This document shows, piece by piece, positions 39,201 through 46,631 of a DNA stretch of 64,000 bases. Source of the DNA: a virus. The number at the start of each line of letters is the position of its first letter. Within the stretch, counting starts at the first letter, position 1. The stretch covers positions 14,982 through 78,981 of the IMG/VR virus record IMGVR_UViG_3300028920_000062; one strand, 5' to 3'. Under the pieces are notes generated by a model that was given only the letters and a program-made list of their open reading frames with translations, was not told where the DNA came from and did no database searches. Made by a program: the position numbers and the translations under genes.

Positions 39201-39229
39201 TTCATGTCCGAGGGAAGATAGGAGGATAG
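33206..39229 (+). CDS. Baseplate hub / tail-associated lysin with internal M23 metallopeptidase
   Basis: HLGID (36512-36526), AAADGKI, SYKHL, VGTTGPSTGPHLHF (HxH at 36848-36856). C-terminal hub-like LRLGY..VFNGVITDV and IGNPSIKPHD..VEQVVHRFS..GFVTEITP. Confidence 0.8.
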   Translation: MATDTGYFQINDLIFQVPPEAIKVNRRAVNNYWQTLRTRSSIKLSSGYSILDIEVSMKVIAEGNELEKLSCLVAQLRVTPFCWIKNQYIRNTVLGGQTKQAMVLALKQLEIRKSAGEDTNIIEVYMLFSWFNYLPYMKDWLYKEDIFVPKPVEDPRKSRAWRIMYAAEKMRGPYQVPPSLYSNAVLDLRQFMTVTKKKFKQLKQDVAFLKEFRGQIEASLPKKGTSEFPGVVDNIIQSLVKSAGKERVHRSLSSVFGHTTTAVGEVGVEELLHLIDVDITAKGQEVESYNKVYEATTRGWEVAKLADGTPIEIVGKADATIDEKSDLSGEDDQILMESNRVLNFEKAGLIITGVSVSFENILATMPVIGHPYPSFQHIGSIDAVVTLSFVTTSENSIQAISNFYTICQDQSRKFRQVPEGIRNVVISNDIVNMCGLHEFLIEDLRQGTMPGQPGTYYGELVLVNNPLDAKTKEGLVLSSDFITDNTLRLKVIEILDQYVKFNDQDIRTDIDNETSEFGKFVGVADKSIEVLVRSPYDQVKPGGSGKHIATNQGVQRKATVISPYGEGLSKKGFEDFPATNAYYIDSENNKRISSGGYYSFNNTFDNRQAALRHFVVRYMNSLTKVFSSLSSLFIKDWQGHNLGITKGMVDHNTISLFTLTDDQVPGIGRLRKDLIATARKFRRRGKFNLNPSSSTDTEGISSRGEMYQFLFDSWNEMKDLPLSDQRRKHSIILERLDFFAAEALKEKKFGGNPHAINSTSFLHFRDAFIDKYLKDFRKEILDLTRDIQKSQVFDLDIFQPVKDLYKEAGLPSKGNNYPDFPLTQVIEILRQRSDWDKIKAKIEERRDLAGLAVYNVSLEALINPDFYLYNKTTDSTSDLISRQLINEAKEAIKLTQGQLQVDAEADWVTNTYNRHIIGTTLAERITNDVKNGTSNKDRVEEIRARRKELEETGKNPELINYLNQRDRLLEEGVFHIDDLSGPPLGNAISENVTEEGALGISIKAINNLKDKANLTISVRDEQQLVPDLEHYALAKHRFDILGSLDEQSAAEYRPPPNFDPNKDPVWAWPTSEPGNTRITPNTGYFGKPRENIGKDKNITTGRHLGIDIISKFGKERTRQLFVRAAADGKIIEVSNNYEIYGHESKWREGPADSCVYIKVQHANGWVTSYKHLQWEPTIKKYSDLFHGRLAGQEIWVRQGTVLGKVGTTGPSTGPHLHFAMIKTKGNPPAGVNTINHKRGIYVDPNQMLSAGEFVSQGPVYGVDPNNESLFTKSVEQFDKEMQSGQGYSLMRAYPTFRLYFIESDLEERKIFGFDDFFSYSAVQDIQVVRSRKIAADLMVISLTNTSGVLTNRKFRGQGRDNQHRDFQGKIAKENVKDLSARNTIRENPIASLMVQPGIQVQLRLGYHSSPDELERVFNGVITDVDMSEDEDIVNITCQSFGIELTQKVYGEAKNYGGWLKGSGKTSEILEDLMSQPEMVHFGRWNAGEPYNGAYGLLQTRFQFQPTPQDDNLFPPTGKKGFYSLFDSTPKYIMYNTTVWDTFQEMTLRHPAYITYPVPYDGREGPRMTMFFGVPNQLYFARDPTLREKEAMGSIKNLATKTNSIIDEVKDGQKSNKDISKSAIGAVAGIGTLALAPALLPLASLGIPLLAAGGKDDRLREIWINRSLLRYAKDRGFIKPFRNYHVLTSTMHILKNSISSSSWNTFNTVTLNYEDDAAEVEKEKKSLVFNERETMSMKCDAGLPDEEIRELMTSWPNCIQDEMAKRYSVALLWNSLKEGYSGSLVTIGNPSIKPHDVCYVFDEYNDMVGPIEVEQVVHRFSQNTGFVTEITPDMCIHINQASTMAVSDAVGLAVEGAMQEMGLQPLASVIGASRGIKRTAGLARIGGLDAETGILASEMAGAAARTAMSIALAPFSGLLYVPKLTGAFIMRKLITRSQTAHPFRYSPLVKQGKPMIGGFPSRYVDGSFIQGIDRYFKENAESIPLYLDHLYDKIVVNDWIHVRGKIGG

Positions 39230-39230
39230 C

Positions 39231-39704
39231 ATGTCATTACGGGGTAGAGCTGCTCGGACCAGTGGTGGTCTTCCGCAATTTAAAGAGACTTCTGGGCAGA
39301 AGCCCAGTCCTAAGTCAATTGATCAGGCGGGTATTGATGGCACCACAAAGGTAGCTTGGGCTCCTGCCGATGCAGGGGATCGTATTTCATATGGAATTAT
39401 TACTGATGTCAATTTTGCTAACTATCAAGTTAAGGTACGAGTTTTGGGAAATAGAAGACATGCTAAACTCGAAAATGAATGGCAATCCCTCATCACACAA
39501 CAAGACGAAATCTTTCTTCGCTGGGGGCAGTTGAGAAAAGGTATGTATTGTCGCATACACTGGCGCGGCGCGATTGAGGCAAAATATGGATTTATTGAAA
39601 TTATTGGTGATGAGGAAACTAATCTTCTCAAACAGTCAGATAAAAAGAATGAGGTAAAAACGTTCCCTTATAAGTTTTTGGGTGGGGGACTAACCGCGTT
39701 TTAA
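39231..39704 (+). CDS. Baseplate spike OB-fold protein (putative)
   Basis: YGIITDVNFANYQVKVR...LRKGMYCRI resembles the gp5/gpV OB fold; follows the hub gene. Confidence 0.45.
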   Translation: MSLRGRAARTSGGLPQFKETSGQKPSPKSIDQAGIDGTTKVAWAPADAGDRISYGIITDVNFANYQVKVRVLGNRRHAKLENEWQSLITQQDEIFLRWGQLRKGMYCRIHWRGAIEAKYGFIEIIGDEETNLLKQSDKKNEVKTFPYKFLGGGLTAF

Positions 39705-39713
39705 GGAGAAATT

Positions 39714-40103
39714 ATGTCATCAGCTATTGATCTAGAAGAGGGCATTGTCAGGGTCCCAGCTAAAAAGGATGGCGGGAAGTACAAGATCTGGACCGCCTCG
39801 AGAACTGCAGAAGGCGGCTTTATGGTTACTCCGGACTCGGTTGTTATGGCAGGAAGCCCAAAGAACTTCGTGGCTGCAGATGCATCTGGTGTCTATATCG
39901 GCGGCGGCGGTTCTATTTCTTTCAATACCACCTCAGAGAATATCCGCACAGGTGGACTGTTTGTCCAATTGAATGACTTTCTTAGGATGATTCCTTCTAC
40001 TATTATGACGCCAATTCCTCCTATAATTCCATTTGCTCCTTTAGCTTTACCAGTAATGGTAGCAGCTAGTCTCCCATGGTTCTTGGGCCTTACGGTGATC
40101 TAA
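39714..40103 (+). CDS. Putative spike beta-strand / tip protein
   Basis: Short beta repeats (GFMVTPDSVVMAG, FVAADASGVYIGG) and a Pro-rich hydrophobic C-terminus; lies between the OB-fold gene and gp25. Confidence 0.35.
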   Translation: MSSAIDLEEGIVRVPAKKDGGKYKIWTASRTAEGGFMVTPDSVVMAGSPKNFVAADASGVYIGGGGSISFNTTSENIRTGGLFVQLNDFLRMIPSTIMTPIPPIIPFAPLALPVMVAASLPWFLGLTVI

Positions 40104-40577
40104 ATGGCAAATTATGATAGCGTAGACCTTGATTTCACATGGGACGGCGACTACAGGGTGGCGGATGACGGTGATCTCATGGATACCACTGATGACTACA
40201 CTAGGTCATTCGTGAATGAAATCACTACCGTTGTAAAGTCAGATCTGTTAGATTGGGAGCTTGATCCGACCATTGGTACCAATTTGTCTGATTTTGTAGG
40301 AGAAGCGAATACTAGAGAGAATGGAGAGGCGATTGAAGAAAGGGTTAGAATCAGCCTAGTAGATGCTGGGATTGTGGCCCCAGAGGATCTGTTCGTGAGG
40401 GTAGTTCCCCTTAGCATTCACAGAATCATGATCAGCATCTCTGTGCTAACCTTGGCTACACCGAATAACCGGTTATCTGCCGGTGAGCCGATTGTAGTAA
40501 CTTTGGTATTTGATACAACTGAGGGCGGTATCTTTGTGCAGCCCATCTCCAAAATAAGAGAGGAACAGAACCTCTAA
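40104..40577 (+). CDS. Baseplate wedge / sheath initiator (T4 gp25-like)
   Basis: DWELDPTIGTNLSDFVGEANTRENGEAIEERVRISL. Confidence 0.75.
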   Translation: MANYDSVDLDFTWDGDYRVADDGDLMDTTDDYTRSFVNEITTVVKSDLLDWELDPTIGTNLSDFVGEANTRENGEAIEERVRISLVDAGIVAPEDLFVRVVPLSIHRIMISISVLTLATPNNRLSAGEPIVVTLVFDTTEGGIFVQPISKIREEQNL

Positions 40578-40587
40578 GGAGTGCCCA

Positions 40588-41811
40588 ATGCCTATTTTTG
40601 CCGAAAAAGAGAGTAAGATTTTCGGTGATATTCTCTATGATATCGTAAACGAAACCAATATTACTCGCAGCTCTCCGGGTAGCAAAACAAGAGCTATGGC
40701 TCAAGCAATAAGTAAAAAGCTAGGGAGGCTGTGGGCTCAGTTTGACAATAATATTGTCTTAAGTTTTCTGGATGGAGCCGAAGGGAAATACCTTGATTAT
40801 ATCGGCGCAATGATGGGCGTCGCGCGCCTAGGAGAGCAAAGGGCTACGACTACATCTCAACAACGAGTAGTAAAGTTCTATGTAGATGTGGGCACTTTTG
40901 GAAACATTAATTCAAATAACTCTATTCTACTTCCATCAGGTACAGTCCTTAGCACTGGACCAAATCAGAGCGGTATTAATTATCGGCTTCCTTATTCAGT
41001 AATTCTTCCTTCTGGGAGTACCGAGGCATATGTGGCAGTAGAGGCTATTAGGGCAGGAACTACCTATAACTTAGGTGCGGGCCAGCTAAGGTATCATAAT
41101 TTTACTGGTTATACGAATCAACTTAATGACTCTTTGAAGGTCACTAATGAATCTGAGATTACCAGCGGTAAGGAGATAGAAAATGATACCAATTATCGCT
41201 TTAGAATCTCTAGTCAAGTAGTAGCATCTGAAAGCGCTAATCTCACTGCTGTTCGCTTGGCTGCCTTAGTTGTTCCAGGTGTAGCTGACATTATCCTTAT
41301 TCCGTTTAATAGAGGTATAGGCACCATTGATATTATTGTGCAGTCTACTCTTCCTCGTACGTCTGACACCTTGTTAGCCGCAGTAGCTGAGTCTGTATTC
41401 CGACAAACGGCACAAGGGGTTGTTCCCAACGTTATGGCTCCAGTTGATATTGGAATGTCGATGCGAGGCACTATAACTCTTCGAGAACGCATATCTAATA
41501 ACGAACAAGCTTCCCTACTTAGAACTGTTGTTAATAATATTTCGGACTATATTAATAATTTAGACATAGGAGAAGAGTTCATAGTGAATGAGGCCGTAGA
41601 GCGTGTTATGGGAACCTCAGACATGATTAAGAATATCGGGTCTGCGACTAAACCTTTCGACAGGGTTTATATTCATCGACCAACGTTGCTCGAGGACAAC
41701 AAGGTACGCGAAACGCTTCTTGGAGATTTTGACCCCGAGAATGACGAGAAACTGATTGTCGAAGATAGATATGCTGGAGCTAATCCAATTTCTTTTAGTG
41801 TGGCAACATAA
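40588..41811 (+). CDS. Baseplate J-like wedge protein
   Basis: AEGKYLDYIG...VEAIRAGTTYN...VTN...GKEIENDTNYRFRI...VPGVAD...GIGTIDIIV. Confidence 0.85.
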   Translation: MPIFAEKESKIFGDILYDIVNETNITRSSPGSKTRAMAQAISKKLGRLWAQFDNNIVLSFLDGAEGKYLDYIGAMMGVARLGEQRATTTSQQRVVKFYVDVGTFGNINSNNSILLPSGTVLSTGPNQSGINYRLPYSVILPSGSTEAYVAVEAIRAGTTYNLGAGQLRYHNFTGYTNQLNDSLKVTNESEITSGKEIENDTNYRFRISSQVVASESANLTAVRLAALVVPGVADIILIPFNRGIGTIDIIVQSTLPRTSDTLLAAVAESVFRQTAQGVVPNVMAPVDIGMSMRGTITLRERISNNEQASLLRTVVNNISDYINNLDIGEEFIVNEAVERVMGTSDMIKNIGSATKPFDRVYIHRPTLLEDNKVRETLLGDFDPENDEKLIVEDRYAGANPISFSVAT

Positions 41812-43412
41812 TGAAGAAGAGTGTAATTGCTCAAGAATTAGTCAATATATATCCACCTAATGCCAGGGTCCGAACTGATGATCAGTCAGTAGGCTATCAG
41901 TTTATGAATGCGTTTGCTAAGCCTATGGAAGACTTGGAAAAGCAGTTAAAAAAGGGGTTAGCTAATGCTCATCTTTTTTCTGCAAACCTAGATGAGATTG
42001 ACTTAACTCACCGTGTAATACTTCCAGAGACATTTGATTTCGATGAAGATAATTCAGATATTGCTGGATCGACATATATCTCTCCAGCTGTGAGCGGCTA
42101 TGTGGATAGCGAGTGGTATTCTATTTCATTAGCCGAGAACAATGACGTAGAAAGTTTTTGGTATACATCTGTTCCAAACAGAGCAACTTTAGCGGAGACA
42201 GCATCTGGTGTTAACCACGAACTTCTTTCTTTTACTACTGATGGATCTATAGCGTCTGGACTATGGGAGCATCATCTGGGTGCTGGCGCTATCTATGTGA
42301 CCGCAGAGGGTGATGCGAAGTACCTTGAGACAGTAGAAGATGAATTAAGAAGAGCCAAGGTCGCGCTTTGGGGTATTAACCGACAGGGGCAAGAAGACAC
42401 AGAGACCATTATTTTTCCATGGCCTATGAGACAAAGAAGCATTAAGGAATGGAAAGAACTAACCAAAGTAGAAACCTTTGATATAGAGGATGGTGTTCAG
42501 ATTACGGTCAAGTCTGGTGACTTTGGTGAAGATGATTATCAAGATTTCTGGGGGCTTAGGTATTCTAAAAACCGAAATAAGGTGGATGATTTTTGGGGAC
42601 TGGGTTCTCTAGGAGACGCTTCTACTCTGGAAAGGATAGGGCATGTCTCTGACGAATGGCAACAATATGTTCTAGGATTCACCGAGAAGGAAGCCAAAGA
42701 AGCGTGGGAGCTTCTTGATGAATCGGACTTGCCTGTCAGTGGTGTTGACTTAGCATTGCAACCCTTCTCTGACAATGCCTGGGTGGCTACAGCCTCTGGT
42801 CTCATTCATTGCTATAGTGCAGATAGTGAGATGGCAAGCGACCTAGATCTAATTAAAAGCAGAACTCCTGGCTCTCATGTTCAAATTGACATAGAGCCTA
42901 AGTGGCTATTGTTAGGAGAAGATATCGATTTTGTTCCCTGGCATGCTCGCCCGGTTCAAGAGATCGTTAAATACCGTATATGGTATCAGACTCCTAGTGG
43001 AACTCGCTACGGCTTACTAGACGGGTCTCCCGTAGCCTTTGATTCTAATTTCTGGGTAGTGGGAAGGCAGCTTAAAAGGACTATTGCCGATCTTCAGACC
43101 ATTACAGCCAGTGAGCGAGGAGAGTATTTGTTGGCCCTTGAGGCTGTGTTTGATGATGAATCTGAGCACATAGAAAAGGTTTTGGTTACTGTAAACTATA
43201 AGAATCCTAAAGGAACTATAGATATTAGCTCATTTGTAACGGATCCAATTATCGGAATCGATTTTGATTCAGACCAGGCAATGTGGGTACAAACAGCAGA
43301 TAAGTACTACAAAATTGCGCTTCACACAGATATAATGCTCATAGATTATACGAACAAAATCCTATACTTTAAGGAACCTTATGACGAGGTAGCGGTGGAA
43401 ACCAGTGGCTAG
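41811..43412 (+). CDS. Baseplate protein (putative wedge component)
   Basis: TAATG-coupled to the J-like gene; acidic and beta-rich. Confidence 0.45.
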   Translation: MKKSVIAQELVNIYPPNARVRTDDQSVGYQFMNAFAKPMEDLEKQLKKGLANAHLFSANLDEIDLTHRVILPETFDFDEDNSDIAGSTYISPAVSGYVDSEWYSISLAENNDVESFWYTSVPNRATLAETASGVNHELLSFTTDGSIASGLWEHHLGAGAIYVTAEGDAKYLETVEDELRRAKVALWGINRQGQEDTETIIFPWPMRQRSIKEWKELTKVETFDIEDGVQITVKSGDFGEDDYQDFWGLRYSKNRNKVDDFWGLGSLGDASTLERIGHVSDEWQQYVLGFTEKEAKEAWELLDESDLPVSGVDLALQPFSDNAWVATASGLIHCYSADSEMASDLDLIKSRTPGSHVQIDIEPKWLLLGEDIDFVPWHARPVQEIVKYRIWYQTPSGTRYGLLDGSPVAFDSNFWVVGRQLKRTIADLQTITASERGEYLLALEAVFDDESEHIEKVLVTVNYKNPKGTIDISSFVTDPIIGIDFDSDQAMWVQTADKYYKIALHTDIMLIDYTNKILYFKEPYDEVAVETSG

Positions 43413-44271
43413 GCAAACCTTTACTCCTGAACCACATGCTGTTTTTAATGAGTTTGATTCACAAGGATTGCTTCTCGGTCTTCCTAGGCTTAGGCTAGAG
43501 AGAAATGCCGATTATAAGTGGCGTCTTTTAGACGTATTTATTCATCGTGCTAGTTCTACTTACCAGGGCCTTATCTTTGGAATAACTCGAGAGTTAGGGC
43601 TGAATGTTATAGAGGCAGTTCGAATTGTTCCAGATCCATCTCTGGCTATGCCAGCAATAATCTTTGAAGATACACTATGTACTCTTTATAGTGACTATGA
43701 AAATAGAACAGTGGTTGATGAATTTGATCGGTTTGATGTTGCCAGTGGTTGCTATACACTTTCTGAGCTAGTCGCCAATATTAATGCGACAGGGTCTTTT
43801 ACAGCCACCCTGCTAGATGATGCACGCGGAGAAGACAGGTCAATGACCATCTTTAATCAGACATCCATAGAGACCGTTACCGAAGAAGAACTTTCTGGAA
43901 AGGGTGCTCGAGTTAAGCTAGAGCAAGAGAACCTCATTCCTGGGACGATAGGCATCACTAGCAGTAACTTAACTGAGCGGGTTTATTCAGAACTTGAGCT
44001 CAATTCTCCTGGTAGATACTACATTGACCTTGAGGCAGGATTAATCCTTACCACTACTGCTCCTGAACCTGGAGCAATTATTAGGTATCAGTGGCGCAAT
44101 GACGACTTTGTAGTCGAGGCCAGCCCAGTTATTATCCACAATCTGCAGTCAGATAATTTCAAATCTAAGATGTTTGAACAAATAGATGGCAGCTATGGTA
44201 GGCCTACAAACCTAGGGGCTGATATTATCAATGAACTTTTGACGGTATTCCCGTCTAGCTGGGGGACATAA
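43405..44271 (+). CDS. Baseplate wedge protein (putative)
   Basis: FNEFDSQGLLLGLPRLRLERNADYKWRL..ASSTYQGL resembles the wedge-subunit motif D..G..GL.R..E....Y..R. Confidence 0.5.
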   Translation: MARQTFTPEPHAVFNEFDSQGLLLGLPRLRLERNADYKWRLLDVFIHRASSTYQGLIFGITRELGLNVIEAVRIVPDPSLAMPAIIFEDTLCTLYSDYENRTVVDEFDRFDVASGCYTLSELVANINATGSFTATLLDDARGEDRSMTIFNQTSIETVTEEELSGKGARVKLEQENLIPGTIGITSSNLTERVYSELELNSPGRYYIDLEAGLILTTTAPEPGAIIRYQWRNDDFVVEASPVIIHNLQSDNFKSKMFEQIDGSYGRPTNLGADIINELLTVFPSSWGT

Positions 44272-46619
44272 TGGCTAATTATTCCATCGAAGTAGATGTT
44301 CTTCAGCATGTATTTACTACGATTCAGGCAAGAGAGGTTGGTCATGAGTCTATTTATGTGGACACACCTCATCCTGCCACAAACAGTACTATCGGCGGCT
44401 GGGAATGGGATCGTTCCTTTTGGCCCTCAGAAGTACAATTTGACGCCCTCGAGCATGTTCCGGCTTTGTATGACGCTAGTACTTCAGGCCTAGATATTAG
44501 CTACTGGCAGGGTGGCATTGGCGATGGGGACGATTTGCTTCTTTTGGATATACAAGAGACAGTCTATTCTGGCGTTGATATCTGGACTCCAAAGATCTTT
44601 CATGGTTATTTCTATCCCGGTTATGAAGAGTGGTATCTTTATGGCGACGATTATCAAACTGAGTACTTCACTGCTAGCGGTATAGCCGCTGGCCGTCAGT
44701 ATCTTGATATGGATCATATTCCCAAGGGTGGGGTACCTCTTCAGGTTCGTAGATGGGAGTATAATTCTCTAACTGGTCAATACACAATTGCTCTAGACTT
44801 AGAGAAGGTGATTGAGTTTGAAGCTTCTGGAATGAACAACCTATTTATGGTTGATACAGACCAGATTCCCCCAAGAGTATGGCTAGATGATGACTACTCC
44901 GAAACAGTTGGACAGGCCCAATCTCCTGTTAGCGGTGTGGTTCCAGTCGGTGACCTCTCTACCATGGAAAGTCTCGGTATTTCAACCGGACAAACATATC
45001 AGGAATTCTTTAGTCGGTTTTCTCCAATTGATAGGAGCCAGCCCATAGAGCTATGGTCTCATATTGGAGGGACAGAGATGCGATTATGGGAAGTTATTCA
45101 TCCGACTGATGAGTTTGTAGCAAGTGGTTACCAGGTAAAGGTTGATTACGATAGAGGAGCATTCAGTTTTGGAACAGTTGTCCCGGCACTAGGTCGAGCT
45201 CTAGTGCTTTACTACACTAAGGGTTTAGCCCTGACTTATGAGCCACAGTGGGGAAGAGACTACCTGCTTGCTCCTACCGCTGATATTAATCCTATTACTG
45301 CGGCCACTTATAGAGGTTTTGTACAGGCTGGCACTGTCCCCTCTGAGCCAGCTAGCATAAGCCTAGAGGCTGAGCTTCCAGGAACCTCTAATCCCTCCTA
45401 TCTTATCGACCTTGGCAACAACTTTGGTAGGATTATTGCGACGGTGCGAGATCCTTCGGGAAATTTGCTTGAAGGACAAGAGGTAGATTTCGAAATCAAG
45501 AGTCCGCAGATTGGTTACTTTGGAGGGACTAACCTTACTATTTCTGCCGTAACAAATGCTGAGGGGCAAGCTAAAGTTTTTTATAGCTCTCCTCGCACTA
45601 TCCAAGATGTGGGTCAAGCTACTACAGAGGTGTCTCATGTAGGCAGTGATACGGTCATGTACGTGGACGGGGTCACAGATCCTGGAACACTCACAGGTCT
45701 GTTCTTCTATAAGGTCCATGAGTACGACGAGGTTCTGGGAATAGCAGAAGCAGACATTTCTTCTTACTATACTGATTTCTTTACAGAAGAGCAGATTACT
45801 GGAGATACAGCTACAGAGGATTGGGAAGGCACCCACCGAGCGATTAACAATATGCTTACTCCTGTTTCTTATACACCGGATGAGTTAATTGTAGGTAAAA
45901 AGACTATCCTCATGACTAGCAATAGAAGTACTGTGGTAGACCCACATACTGGCGATGTTAGAGCATCTTCTCCTTATCCAATAGGCCCATTGCAGCCAGA
46001 TATTATTGAGGACGCAAGTACTGGAGACACTCCAAGGCTAAAGATAACTTTCCAGAATATAGCATTACCATTAATTGGTACAAACGACACAAAGGCATAC
46101 TTTGTTGTAGGAACCTCGAGAACTAGCCTTCAGGCCTCTACCACAAGTAGACGTACTAGAAAAACTATATATAGCAATGAGATTGGAATGTTGGTACAAA
46201 TCCCCGATACGCTCAATGGGACCTATCAGGCAGATGAGCTCGGAGATGCCCCCTCGGGTCTCATGACTAGAGTAGCTGACGTAAGCTTACTTTCTGATGC
46301 TCAGGTTCTAACCACTTCTGGGCTTGATACATTCTATGAAGACTATCTGGAAGAAAGAGAATGGGCAGGACCAACGTCCGGATACGAGACTTACCCTGAT
46401 TGGTTCAGAAGAACCAGAAGAGGAGATACAGTGGGGCTTGCACAAACAGGCTTCTCGATGGAAACTATACTATTGGATCCTGCACTAGACACTGTAGCTG
46501 GCGAGATCCCGCTAGGATTTAGGCTCAAATCCTCGGGCATTAGGTTGGCATCTGTGCTAGATCAGGTAACATACATTGACCCGAACGACCACCTGCCGAG
46601 TGGATATTTTCCGGTTTAA
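44271..46619 (+). CDS. Baseplate/tail protein with Big_1 Ig-like domain
   Basis: PASISLEA...IIATVRDPSGNLLEGQEVDF...AVTNAEGQAKVFY. Confidence 0.55.
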   Translation: MANYSIEVDVLQHVFTTIQAREVGHESIYVDTPHPATNSTIGGWEWDRSFWPSEVQFDALEHVPALYDASTSGLDISYWQGGIGDGDDLLLLDIQETVYSGVDIWTPKIFHGYFYPGYEEWYLYGDDYQTEYFTASGIAAGRQYLDMDHIPKGGVPLQVRRWEYNSLTGQYTIALDLEKVIEFEASGMNNLFMVDTDQIPPRVWLDDDYSETVGQAQSPVSGVVPVGDLSTMESLGISTGQTYQEFFSRFSPIDRSQPIELWSHIGGTEMRLWEVIHPTDEFVASGYQVKVDYDRGAFSFGTVVPALGRALVLYYTKGLALTYEPQWGRDYLLAPTADINPITAATYRGFVQAGTVPSEPASISLEAELPGTSNPSYLIDLGNNFGRIIATVRDPSGNLLEGQEVDFEIKSPQIGYFGGTNLTISAVTNAEGQAKVFYSSPRTIQDVGQATTEVSHVGSDTVMYVDGVTDPGTLTGLFFYKVHEYDEVLGIAEADISSYYTDFFTEEQITGDTATEDWEGTHRAINNMLTPVSYTPDELIVGKKTILMTSNRSTVVDPHTGDVRASSPYPIGPLQPDIIEDASTGDTPRLKITFQNIALPLIGTNDTKAYFVVGTSRTSLQASTTSRRTRKTIYSNEIGMLVQIPDTLNGTYQADELGDAPSGLMTRVADVSLLSDAQVLTTSGLDTFYEDYLEEREWAGPTSGYETYPDWFRRTRRGDTVGLAQTGFSMETILLDPALDTVAGEIPLGFRLKSSGIRLASVLDQVTYIDPNDHLPSGYFPV

Positions 46620-46631
46620 TTTGGAGGAGTT

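Noticed and set aside
24552-39229. Inteins, introns or homing endonucleases in the very large ORFs
   Set aside because: I saw no intein terminal motifs, LAGLIDADG/HNH motifs or reading-frame interruptions.
18386-41811. Tailocin / extracellular contractile injection system / T6SS
   Set aside because: Portal, protease, capsid and neck genes are in the same operon, so this is a complete phage virion module.
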